Origin: Rebecca billardiae RCC1528
Taxonomy: Eukaryota; Protista; Haptophyta
NCBI GenBank assembly: GCA_965240325.2
Contig: OZ251246.1
Coordinates: forward strand, 1,054,001-1,118,000
Reading direction: 5' to 3'
Length of the DNA: 64,000 nt
Shown piece by piece: positions 1-10,304 of this stretch. A program made the translations under genes and the position numbers. The notes beneath the pieces were generated by a model, which had not been told where the DNA came from, searched no databases, and was given only the letters and a program-made list of their open reading frames with translations. Position 1 is the stretch's first letter. Every line of letters starts with the position of its first letter.

Positions 1-343
1 CGACCAGGCCCGGAGATTCTGCTCAAGCACAGCAGCGCAGGCTGCAGGGTCGCGGAGCGGCGCGCGCGGATGAGCCGCGGTGATGATTGGCGGACTCGCA
101 AAGTGGCGCGCACGACAACGCGCGCGCACCCTATATGCGCGAAGATTATGATGTACGTACTATTGTCAAGTATAGAGTCTATATATACTACTACATATAT
201 ATATATTTAATATATATATATATGCATGTGATGTGTGCTGTGTGTATATAGCGTCGTCGCGCGCTGGCATCGCAACCAGCAGTGGCCTACTGCGCCGCCC
301 AGTCTCAGCGGGCCTCGTCAATCGTCATCAGACGATCAGGCAG

Positions 344-1320
344 TCAGATGTGGATGCTCGCTCGCGGCTTTCCGCCGCCCTTCTCCTTGATGTCGCTGGC
401 GATCACGGCTCTGGCTGGCGGCCACTGATTCGGCTTGGAGTAGGCGGACGCCTTTCCCGGTGGGGGAAGCGTGGCCTCACTGCGGCTCGCCGTAACCACC
501 TGCACGGAGGACAGCGGCTCGTCCGAGGCTTCCGCGCGCATCTTCTCGGTGGGCGAGCTGCGGCACGCGCGCGCCCAAGGGGGGCGCGCGGACGCGTGAG
601 CGCGTGCCCGGTCGGCGCGCGCCACGCGGCGGGGCGGCCGGGCGGGCGGCAGGCGCACCGTGGCGCGAAGCGCAGGTACACGATGCACGCGAAGCTCGAG
701 AAGAACGCCGGCACGTACAGCCCGCCGCCAGCCAGGATGCCGACCGCGGCGGAGAGCCACACGCTGGTCGCGGTCGTGAGGCCATGCACCTCGGGCGTCT
801 CGGTGCCGTCCTTGAGCTTGGTGGTGCCCTTCCAGATGGACGCGGCGCCAAGGAAGCCGACGCCCGAGGGGATCGCCGCGGACACGCGCGACGCGTCCCA
901 GTTCATCGGCCCGTCCCAGAACGCGTACACCGAGTCGATCGTGAAGACGCACGAGCCCATGCACACCATCGCCATCGTGCGGATGCCGGCCGCTCTGTCG
1001 GCGCGCCGCCGCTCCCAGCCGATGAACGAGCCGAGCACGATCGACGCGATCACCCGCACGCACATCTCGCACTCCCACTTGTTCAACCCGCCGAGCACCA
1101 CGTACCGGTGGAATTTGCATGCGTCCTTGAGGTAGTCTATGTTCTTGTACTCGATGCCGGAGCGCGCGCGGTACGAGTGGTGTGTGAGCGCCTCGGTGCA
1201 CGGCGGCGCGGTCAGCGGCGCGAGTAGCGAGATGATGCTGTACACGAAGAGGCCGGTGACCGCCAGTGCGTACATCAGCAACGTCCACCGCGAGACCTCA
1301 TCGGAGAAGTACGCCACCAT
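344..1320 (-). CDS. MgtC/SapB family membrane protein, paralog 1 (exons 1320-659, 557-344)
   Basis: IGWERRRADRAAGIRTMAMVCMGSCVFT, RVSAAIPSGVGFLGAASI and VHGLTTATSVW are MgtC motifs. A GT..AG intron at 658-558 restores the frame to a tail ending RASIHI*. Confidence 0.9.
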
Positions 1321-1651
1321 GCTGGCCGTCGCCGTGCTTCGCCCGCTCGCACGCCCGAGCGCGGCCAACCGGACCGGCATTTCGCGGCTGACGAACGGCC
1401 TGTGATTCGTCGGCGTTCAGCCGTCGAACATCACTGATCTCCGATCAACGTGTGACAGTGTAATCGTCACTGCCAGTGTCATCACTAGGATCCACATTGA
1501 CAATGGTGGCAATGGACTGAATGACTTTCTGGGTTAAAGTGACTTGTGAGCTCGCCTCCCGCTGCGCGCACATGCAGCTTACACGGGACTACGTCGACTG
1601 GGCAACGACACAGGCGGCCTTCCGGTGCCGCAGATGTCATTCTGCTGCTCA

Positions 1652-2609
1652 TCACACGTGGATGGACGGCCGCCTCTCGCCCAGCCGCGCCGGTGCCGCG
1701 CTGGATTTGCCATGCGCAGACGCCCCGCTCCGCGGCAGCAGCTGCTTGCGCAGCGGGTCACCCGCCAGCGGAGAGGGCTTCGCATCATCCTTCTTTGACT
1801 GCGACGCCCTGGGGGTCACCGCGCCGCGGGGGCCAGGCGGGCGGGGGCGTCGTGCCGCGGCGCGTGTCAGCAGACGCGCGCGCGAGCCGCGCGGCGCCGG
1901 CGCGCGCAGGGCGCACGTACCGCGGTGCGAAGCGCAGGTACATGATGCTGGCGACGGTGGAGAAGACGGCCGGGAAGTACATCGCGCCGCCCATCATGAT
2001 GCCCACCGCGGCGGAGAGCCACACGCTCGTCGCGGTCGTGAGGCCGTGCACCTCGGGCGTGAGCGCGCCGTCCTCCTTCTTGGTGGTGCCCTTCCAGATC
2101 GACGCGGCGCCGAGGAAGCCCACCCCCGAGGGGATGGCGGCGGAGACGCGCGCCGAGTCCCAGGACATCGGGCCGTCCCAGAACGCGTACACGGAGCCGA
2201 TCGTGAAGACGCACGAGCCCATGCACACCATCGCCATCGTGCGGATGCCGGCCGCGCGGTCCGCGCGCCGCCGCTCCCAGCCGATCATCGAGCCGAGGAA
2301 GATGCTGAAGAAGATGCGCGCGCACATGTCGCACTCCCACTTGTTCAGGCCGAGGAGGACGTTGTACCGCACGAACTTGCACGCGTCGATCGGGTAGTCC
2401 GGGTTGTTGTACTCCACGTCGTCGCGCGCGCGCAGCAGCTCGGGCCCAGGCTCGTGCTCGCACGGCGGCTGGATCAGCGGCTGCAGCACCGCGATCACCG
2501 TGTAGATCGCCATGAGCGTGGTGATCACCGCGTACGCGGCGATCTCCGACACGCCCGCATCCGACGAGAAGTACCCCATCTGCTTCGAATTCCGCCTGAA
2601 GAGCTCCAT
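1652..2609 (-). CDS. MgtC/SapB family membrane protein, paralog 2 (exons 2609-1921, 1808-1652)
   Basis: Same MgtC motifs. The intron at 1920-1809 is at the same codon position (after LRFAPR) as in paralog 1. Tail ends RRPSIHV*. Confidence 0.9.
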
Positions 2610-2735
2610 GCGGGATACTGTATGCACGCGTCGCGCCGCCGCCCCGCCGGAGGGCGAGGTCGACCGAGCGGGCGATCGCGAGGGCGGCAGGGCGCGCCCG
2701 CCCGGACTTCGCCCGTTCGCCGCGCCGGCTCGTCA

Positions 2736-3662
2736 ATGACCTTGACAATGGCGACGGCCGTGCTGCTCGCCGCTACGTGCTTTGCCTCGCCTCCGGTGTT
2801 TGCCATCCGCTCGCCCGCGCTGGCCAGCGGCCTTGGGTCCGCACGCGGCATGCGAGCCCGCGCGCCCTCGCCGCAGAGCCACGCGGCGCGCGCGCGCGTC
2901 AAGCTGCTTGCCGGTCCGTCGCTCGCGGAGCTGCACGCGCTGTCGGCGCGCATCCGGCCGGAGCACTACTTCGGGTACCTGATGCTCGCGGGTATTGGCA
3001 TCCCCGTGAGCGAGGACGGCCTCGTGCTGCTCGCGGGCAGCCTGCTCGCCTCCTTCCCCCCGGCGCGCCGCGTGGCCACCGTGCTGGCAATCTACCTCGG
3101 CGTGGTGCTGTCGGACGGTGAGACGTTCTTCCTCGGACGCTGGGCGCGCGCGCGCGGGCAGAAGCTCGGGCCCGTGCTCAGCCGGCTGATCGGCGTCCCG
3201 CCCGCGCCGAGCTCCGCCGAGCCGGGCCTCGAGGGCAGCGCCGACGCCGCCGATGCCGCCGCGCCCGCCCCGGGCGCGCGCCGCGGCAAGAGCGGCCAAG
3301 CGCAGGAGCTGATCCGCCGCAGTGGCGGTTACGTCGGTTTCGTCGCGCGCTTCTGCGTGGGGCTGCGGGGAGCGATCGCGCTGCTGTGCGGCGCGTCGCT
3401 CAGCGTGAGTGGCGCGCAGTACGTCGGCGGCGCGGCCGTCGGCGCGCTCCTCACCGTGCCGATACAGCTCGCCGTCGGCGCGTGCGTGCGCGAGCGCATC
3501 GCCACCCCGGTCGGTCTGGCGTCGATCGTGGCATCGCTGTACTGCATCGGGCCGGCCGTTGCTACCGTCGCCTCCGCCGTCGCGGGCGTTGCTGCCGTCC
3601 GGCGACGGCGCAGGGAGTCGGAGTCGGCAGCCGAGCTAGGACCCGACGGCGCCGAGGGATGA
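2736..3662 (+). CDS. DedA/SNARE-associated (VTT) family membrane protein, possibly plastid-targeted
   Basis: LAGIGIPVSEDGLVLLAG, GVVLSDGETFFLGR and ARFCVGLR motifs. Hydrophobic signal peptide followed by a Ser/Arg/Ala-rich transit-like region. Confidence 0.85.
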   Translation: MTLTMATAVLLAATCFASPPVFAIRSPALASGLGSARGMRARAPSPQSHAARARVKLLAGPSLAELHALSARIRPEHYFGYLMLAGIGIPVSEDGLVLLAGSLLASFPPARRVATVLAIYLGVVLSDGETFFLGRWARARGQKLGPVLSRLIGVPPAPSSAEPGLEGSADAADAAAPAPGARRGKSGQAQELIRRSGGYVGFVARFCVGLRGAIALLCGASLSVSGAQYVGGAAVGALLTVPIQLAVGACVRERIATPVGLASIVASLYCIGPAVATVASAVAGVAAVRRRRRESESAAELGPDGAEG

Positions 3663-4111
3663 CTCTGATACCGATACGAGCCGTGTCGCGCACGCGCCGG
3701 ACAGCGCCGGTGGTTGTCGAATGTCGGTGGCGCAGCGCAGTCCGCGCCCACGAATCGATCGACGGTGGCCGATTTGTCATAAATAATTTGAGGTCGCCGC
3801 GTGCGGGATCCGCAGGCGCGGCGCCGCTCTGCGCTTGCGGCGGTCGTTCGCCTGGACACGCAAGTGCCAGCAGTGAGTGAAACCACTATGTAGTTTACTA
3901 AGAATAAGAGACGCACGTACAGCTCAGGCGAGATTGACGCCAACTGTCACCGCGCGCATGAAGCCATTGTCGTTTTAGCGCCGTCGGAAGAACCATTCAG
4001 TATACGACTGTCAACTGTGCAACAGTCAACAGCGCTACAATACGAGTGTAGAGTACTCTTGTCGTACAGTACAGTACGGGCTGCCGTGGCGGCCGCCATC
4101 GGTGGACGTCG

Positions 4112-6433
4112 ATGCCGAAAGGACGGATGTACCTCCGCGAGGTCGGAGCGTACGCCGCCAAGCGGGCGGGGCGCAGCCTCAGTCGCGCCGAGCTCGCGGC
4201 GTTGGTGGGTAGCGTGCCCATCCGCTCCGATGGGTCCGTCACAGCCGTCGACGTGGATGCAGCTCTCGAGCGCGTCGCGCCGGCGCGGCCGCTGCGCCCG
4301 GCGCAGGCACCCCGCTCGAGCGCGCTGCCTGAGCGTCAGATGGTCGCGCTGGCGCTGGCGCTCGCGGGCGCGGGCGCAGCTGTGGCGGGCTCTATCCCGT
4401 GGGCGCTGGCCGTATTGATCGCCGCGTGCGCCCTCGCGCTGCACCGCTCGGCCACCGCGACGCCGCCTGTCGCGCAGCCTCCCGCCGTGCCAGCGGGCGA
4501 GCCTTTGCACGAGCTGGCCCGGACCGCCGCGGCCCCGAGCCGCGAGCGGAAGGCGTCGTCGGAGGTGGGCACCGCGTGGGCGCGCGAAGATGCCAGCCCG
4601 GCCACGCTGCCGCCGCTCGCCGCCCTGCGCGAGGCGGAGGCGCAGCTGGGCGCGCGCATGCGCTCGCACCCGCCGTCCGCAGGCCTTGGGGCGGCGCTTG
4701 CAGAGCTGCCGGCCAGCGCGCTCTTCCGCACGCGCTTCTGGGAGCGCGCGCCGCTGGTGGTGCGCGGGCTGCCGGCACTGCGCGAGCCGGCGTACGCGCT
4801 CGGCGAAGCGGAGCTCGCCGCCGCCCGGCTGCAGCCGAGCGCGCGCGGCGCGTGGTTTTCTGTGCCGCCCTCGCCGCCCGCGCCGCCATCGCCGCCCTCG
4901 CCGCCCTCGCCGTGTGCGCCACGCGCGCCCGCCGGTCTGAGCGCGCCGTCGGCGGCTGGCGGCGCGGATGGCGCGCGGGGCGCAGGGCGCGAGGCGGAGC
5001 GGGCGCGGCTCGAGGCGCTCGACTTTGTGCGCGCGGCGATGCAGCCGCTGCGTGTCGCGACCAGCGCGCCGGACATCGCAGCGGCCGAGGCGGACGCCGC
5101 CGACAGTGCGCCACCGCCTGCGCGCATCGATGGCGACGCGCTGGCGCGGAGGCTGCGTGCCGACGGCGCGACGCTGTCGGTCACGGCGGCGGGCTGCCTC
5201 TTCCCCGCCGCCGCGCGGCTGTGCCTGGACGCGCTCGCGGCGTTTGAGCTGCCAGTCAACGCGAATCTCTACGCCAGCGGCGCGCGCGCGCCCGACGGCG
5301 GCCGCGCGGCGCCGGCCCTGGCGCCAGGGCAGCCGGGGGCGCAGCAGCACGCGTGCGCGACACCTGCGCACGCAGACACGGAGGACAACTTGGTCTTCCA
5401 GCTGAGCGGCGCGAAGGCGTGGGTGCTGCTGCACCCGGCGTGCTGCGCGCGCGAGGGCGAGGCAGAGGCCCACGTCCTGCCGCTGGCGGACGGCGCGGGC
5501 TGGCATGCACTCGGCAAGGGCGGCCGCGCGCTGCCGCGCGGCTGCGCAGGCGCGCTGCTGGCGGCGGCGCAGGCGCTGGCGCGCGGCGCTGGCGACGTCG
5601 AGGCGCGCGGTGCGCCGAGCGCTGCAGCCGCGCCAGGCGACGCGCCCGACGGCTGGCTGCCCGCGCACGCCGGCCGCGTGCGCGTGGTGCTGCTGCGCGC
5701 GGGGGATTTGCTCTATGTCCCGCGCGGCTGGGTGCACGCGACGAGCGTCGGGCTGGGGGGCGCCCGCGCGGCCAAGGCCAAGCCCGCGGCGCGTGCGCAG
5801 CCGCCGCGTGCCGCCGCCGCGGACGAGCCTGCCGCCGAGCTGTCCGTCGGGCTGACGCTCTCCGTGCACACCGCGGCGGTGCACGCGTGCGTGCCCGCGG
5901 CGCTCGCGATGGCCGCAGCCGCTGCCACGCGCCGCCCGGACGGCTGGTGCCCGCAGCTCCAGCTGTGGTCGCGCGAGGGCGCGCTCGCACGCGCGTGCGC
6001 CCGCGAGCCGCGGCTGCGGCGCGCGCTGCGCATCGGCGCGCTGGCCGGCGCGCCGTGCGGCGTGCCGCGCGCGGAGGCGGGGGCCGGCGCGGACGACGCG
6101 GGCGGCGCCGAGGCGGGGGAGCTGGCGCGGCTGTTGGAGCAACTCGTGTGGCCGCACGCGCGTGCGGCGCTGGGCGGGGCCGCCCCTGCGACCATGTGTG
6201 CCGCTCTCGGCCTGCCAGCGGGCGCGTTCGAGCGGGCGCTGGCGCGGCATGCGGCGTGCACGCGCGAGACCGTGAGGCAGCTGCGCGCGCTCTATGAGGG
6301 GGCGCTCAGCGCAGCCGCGCAGCCGAGCGGCGGCGGCTCTGACGGCGGGCGCGCGGACGCGGAGCGCGCCTGGGCGCGGGTCAGTGCGGTGCTGGATGCT
6401 CACACGGTGCGCCTGCTCGGCCGTGGGGAGTGA
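4112..6433 (+). CDS. JmjC/cupin (ROX/NO66-like) 2-oxoglutarate/Fe oxygenase with N-terminal hydrophobic segments
   Basis: FWERAPLV, VNANLY, HADTEDNLVFQLSGAKAW (HxD) and LRAGDLLYVPRGWVH (distal His). Confidence 0.8.
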   Translation: MPKGRMYLREVGAYAAKRAGRSLSRAELAALVGSVPIRSDGSVTAVDVDAALERVAPARPLRPAQAPRSSALPERQMVALALALAGAGAAVAGSIPWALAVLIAACALALHRSATATPPVAQPPAVPAGEPLHELARTAAAPSRERKASSEVGTAWAREDASPATLPPLAALREAEAQLGARMRSHPPSAGLGAALAELPASALFRTRFWERAPLVVRGLPALREPAYALGEAELAAARLQPSARGAWFSVPPSPPAPPSPPSPPSPCAPRAPAGLSAPSAAGGADGARGAGREAERARLEALDFVRAAMQPLRVATSAPDIAAAEADAADSAPPPARIDGDALARRLRADGATLSVTAAGCLFPAAARLCLDALAAFELPVNANLYASGARAPDGGRAAPALAPGQPGAQQHACATPAHADTEDNLVFQLSGAKAWVLLHPACCAREGEAEAHVLPLADGAGWHALGKGGRALPRGCAGALLAAAQALARGAGDVEARGAPSAAAAPGDAPDGWLPAHAGRVRVVLLRAGDLLYVPRGWVHATSVGLGGARAAKAKPAARAQPPRAAAADEPAAELSVGLTLSVHTAAVHACVPAALAMAAAAATRRPDGWCPQLQLWSREGALARACAREPRLRRALRIGALAGAPCGVPRAEAGAGADDAGGAEAGELARLLEQLVWPHARAALGGAAPATMCAALGLPAGAFERALARHAACTRETVRQLRALYEGALSAAAQPSGGGSDGGRADAERAWARVSAVLDAHTVRLLGRGE

Positions 6434-6827
6434 TCGATGGCGCAGACGACGAGTGTCCGTGTGACTGCAATCTGCGTGCACGTGTGAGTGTCTCCAGTGA
6501 CGGGGGGGGGGTCAGCGCGCACCTCGGCACGCGCCGCACCCGGCGCCGTGGTCGCCTGGTCGGAGGGCTGCTGCCGTGATGTGACATGCAGCAGTGCCGA
6601 TTTCAGCTAGCAGAGCTCCACGCCTCCACGGCTGCGCCTCCCCACCTGCTTCACCTTGTCCCGCCTCTGCTGCTCAGTCTGTCCAGCCACACGGTCCGTG
6701 GGCATGAATCACTGTGATGCACGACAGCAAGCAAAACGCGCACATGCAATTTGATGCAGCATGCACATTTATCAATATTTGATTCGCCGACGACTGACGA
6801 GGCGCATTCGATATTTGAGGCATCAGC

Positions 6828-7793
6828 ATGCCGGACGTGGCGCGTATCATCGCTGTCCAGGCCGTGCTGCTCGCGCAGGTGTGCGGTCGTGAGCACAACC
6901 CGCATCGGCTCGGGCCCGCGTCCAACGTCGGCTCCGGCGCCTCCGAGCTCCCCGCTGCCGCGTGCAACCGCGCCTCCGGCTTCAAGGCCGTTACGTTCTT
7001 CGTCGGCAACGACACGCTCGCGTCTGCCAACGCATCGCTGGCGCAGGAGGGGCAGGATCTGATCGTCTCTGGGCTGCTGGGCAACAAGACGGGCGGCTTC
7101 TTCGTCGACCTCGCCGCAAACGACGCCATCGACATCAGCAACACATTCGTGCTCGAGCGCAGCTTCGGGTGGGACGGAATCTGCATCGAGGCCAACCCAA
7201 AGTACCTGTGGGCGCTGGCGCACCGGCGGTGTGCGCTCGCCGCGGCCGTCGTCTCCGATCGGGTGGGGAAGCGAGTCCAATTCATCGACGATGATGGCAT
7301 GGGCCACGTCATCCGTGTTCGAGGCCCGCCCAGAAGTGAGTCTGCGCCCGCGCGCGCGCACACAACGACCACCCTGGGCACCGTCCTGCGACAGCTGGGC
7401 GCCCCGAGCCGCTTCGATTACCTCAGCCTCGATATCGAGGGATCCGAGTGGCTCGTGCTCAGCAGCTTCCCGTACGACGAGTTCTCCTTCCGCGTGCTGA
7501 GTGTGGAGAGGCCAACCCAGCAGATCCACGACCTGCTCATCTCGAAGGGCTACTATTACCTGTGGTGCACAAGTGGCATTCGAGACATTTTTTACGTGCA
7601 CTCCAGTCTGGCTGCGCAGCCCGACAGCGCCCAGGCGGTCATCGAGACGATCCATCGCTTCGCGCCAATGCACAAGTGCAACGACAACGCATACCCGTCG
7701 CCGCCCGGTCCGACTAAGATGCACGTGAAGAGTGCCGAGCGCTTCCCAGGGCTCAGGTACCCTCCAGGCTGCCGCAGGTGCCCGCGTGATTAA
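6828..7793 (+). CDS. FkbM-family (Methyltransf_21) SAM methyltransferase with signal peptide
   Basis: AQEGQD, GFFVDLAANDAIDISNT..LER.FGWDGICIEANP and FDYLSLDIEGSE motifs. Confidence 0.88.
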   Translation: MPDVARIIAVQAVLLAQVCGREHNPHRLGPASNVGSGASELPAAACNRASGFKAVTFFVGNDTLASANASLAQEGQDLIVSGLLGNKTGGFFVDLAANDAIDISNTFVLERSFGWDGICIEANPKYLWALAHRRCALAAAVVSDRVGKRVQFIDDDGMGHVIRVRGPPRSESAPARAHTTTTLGTVLRQLGAPSRFDYLSLDIEGSEWLVLSSFPYDEFSFRVLSVERPTQQIHDLLISKGYYYLWCTSGIRDIFYVHSSLAAQPDSAQAVIETIHRFAPMHKCNDNAYPSPPGPTKMHVKSAERFPGLRYPPGCRRCPRD

Positions 7794-8199
7794 GTCCCGC
7801 TGCTTGCTCACTCCGATTCCACCTCCGACAGCGCGCCCTGCAGCCGCGCAGCCTGGCAGAGCCGTGCCGCGCCGCCGCCTGGCGCCGTGCGCGGCGGGCC
7901 GCGCGGCATCGCGGTCGTGACGACGCCGCCGACGATCGACGGAGACTCAGGCCTGCTGCTGCTGCCGTGCTGGGGCCATGCCAGGCGCCCGGCTCTCTAA
8001 GTCTAAGCCGAGCGTTATACGTCGCCGATGAGTCTAAAGCTACTCAGCTAGCGCGGTGAGTTGCTGATAGAAGCAGCAGCCTATGACTATGATGAGCGAG
8101 TCGCCAGGGGCTGCACGCATGCTATTAATATGACGAGCGCGCGTATATATATATGACGACGATGATCGGTCGATATATCGAAAGTGCGACGAAGTTTAT

Positions 8200-8205
<6 letters not shown>

Positions 8206-8253
<48 letters not shown>
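8206..8253. repeat. (TA)n microsatellite
   Basis: Direct observation. Confidence 0.95.
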
Positions 8254-8255
<2 letters not shown>

Positions 8256-8615
8256 ATACTTCCTGGAACGTACGACACTGCGCTGCGCCGCGCCCGCGCT
8301 GACGGGCGGCTGACGCCGCGGCCGTGCCGCCAATAGCACACGGTGCTAGCTACTATACTGCTGCTACTATGCGCGGTACGACGGTGCCGAGTAGTGATGC
8401 GCGCGGCGTCGTCCTTGATATAATATTGACGCGGCTGCTGGCGCCGAAGGCGAAGTGGCCCGCCGCCCCGCCGCTGTGCCGCCGCTGGCAATGAGGGCAT
8501 CGGCATGCCCACTCAGCGTCCGGTGCGCTCAGAGCATCGGCGCGGATGCTTAGAGCGCGGCTGCCACCCGGAGACCTCGTCGCGGCACGGTCCGCTGCTC
8601 GCGTCAGTCAGTCAT

Positions 8616-9935
8616 TCAGACGATGGAGCACTTCACGCCCTTCTTGCCGCCCGTCCTCCTGATCGCGCCCCTGCACGCGCGCGACGAGCGCGGCGCACCA
8701 CCGCGGTTACCGGCGTGAGCGGCAGCGCACGGGCGGGCGGCGCCAAAGGGTGGCGGCGCGCCCGCGGCGGGCACGTGGACCGCTCGCGTGGCGCGTGCAG
8801 GCAGGCGGCGCGCCACACCGGTCGATGCGGAACGCCTTGCTCCCAGTGCCGTTCGCACTGCTGGTCGCGCCGCCCGCCGCGCCGCCTCCTCTGTCCGCCG
8901 CCGCCGCGTCGGCTCTGTGCGCCCCTGCGGCTGGCTGCTGCTGCTGCTGCGCATTCGCGCCCGCGCCGGCCCCGCCAAGCGAGCCGATCTGCTGCGCGCC
9001 GCCGCCGCCCTCCCCGCCCGCCGCCGCCGCCGCCGCGTGCTTCCTGTGCTGCGCGCCCGCCTTCGCGTGCGCCTCGGCCAGGTACTCAAACACGTCGGTC
9101 ACCATCGCGTTCTCCTTGACGCACGCGCGGTAGAAGCGCAGCTGCAGCTTGGACGCCAGCTCCTCCGCCTCCGCGCTGCGTGCCGACAGGCGCATGCGCA
9201 GAGGGCGTGTCAGTCGCAGGCGGGGCGTCGGTCGGAGGGCGTCGGTCGGAGGGCGGCGCAGGCGGCGCCGGCGCTACCAGCTATGGAGAGGCGTGGGCGT
9301 GCCAGCGTGCCACGCGCGTCCCCTGCCCGCACCCTCGCCCTGTCCCCGCGCCCCGCCCCCGCGCGTGCCACCGCGCGCGTGCACGCGCCAGCGCGCACGG
9401 GGTGACGGCCGCGTGCTCGATGAGGTCCGTCTTGTTCTGCACAAGCACCATCTGCACGGCCTCGCCCACCTCCGCGAGCACCTTGTCGCGCCAGCCGGTG
9501 ATAGCGTCGAATGAGGCGCGGTCGACGGTGGAGAAGACGAGCACGCACGCGCCTGCGCCGCGGTAGTACTGCCGCGTCAGCGTGTCGAACTCCTCCTGCC
9601 CCGCCGTGTCCCACACCATCATGCGCACGTGCTCGCCGAGCGCCTTCACGTAGTGGTCGCGCTCGAGGAAGTCGACGCCGATGGTCTTCTTGTAGTTCTC
9701 GGTGAACACGCCCTTGCAGAAGCGCGCGATCATCGACGTTTTGCCCACGCCGCCGTTCCCAACCACGATCACCTTGAGCGCCGCTGCGCGGTGTGCACGC
9801 ACACGCGCGCGCGGTGTGCGTGTGGGCATCAGCGCGCCGCAACGCCCGCGGGACGCGCCCGCAGCTCGTGCGCGTGCGTGTGCGCGCGAGGCAAGGTGCG
9901 CACGCACTCTCAACATCCTCTGCCACGATCGCCAT
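8616..9935 (-). CDS. RAB23: Rab23 small GTPase (exons 9935-9908, 9783-9399, 9175-8819, 8670-8616)
   Basis: Spliced product MAIVAEDVETALKVIVVGNGGVGKTSMIARFCKGVFTENYKKTIGVDFLER..WDTAGQEEFD..NKTD..RFYRACVKE; C-terminal CSIV prenylation motif; three in-frame GT..AG introns. Confidence 0.93.
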
Positions 9936-10304
9936 CGCGTCACTCGCCTCTGGAGCCGCTCGCGCGACCGCTCGCGCCCGGGCGCAAGGCCTTGGCCTTG
10001 GCCGTGATGCGTGTGCGCGAGCACCTCCACCACAGCAGTGGCAACTGGCAAGGGGGAAGGAGCAAGTGGAACCCCAACGATGGCGCCCTAATCAGCTTTC
10101 TGAGTAATGATGTATGGATGAGCCCATATTCATGTGAGCGTCTGATTTAAGAGGCCGTGACTCTCCCCTATGCGCGCGGGTAAAGAGTCCTTGGCCAAGC
10201 TTGGGTGAGCTGTGGGGCCGGCACGATCCAACCCGGGGCTGCGTTCCAGGGCGCCGGGGTGCGCGCGCGCGAGAGCCGGCGCGTGTTCGTCTGGTGGTGG
10301 CGTG

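Noticed and set aside
1521-2735. N-terminal 405 codons of the DedA ORF
   Set aside because: Antisense to MgtC-2; the plausible start is 2736 or 2748.
3947-6481. 844-aa minus-strand ORF (and similar long antisense ORFs such as 37666-39267 and 31976-33589)
   Set aside because: Arg/Ala-rich shadow ORFs expected at this GC content, opposite genes with recognisable motifs.
10105-10196. C/D-like boxes and a hairpin between Rab23 and PP5
   Set aside because: C-D spacing is too short (about 40 nt); it is adequately explained as a bidirectional promoter.
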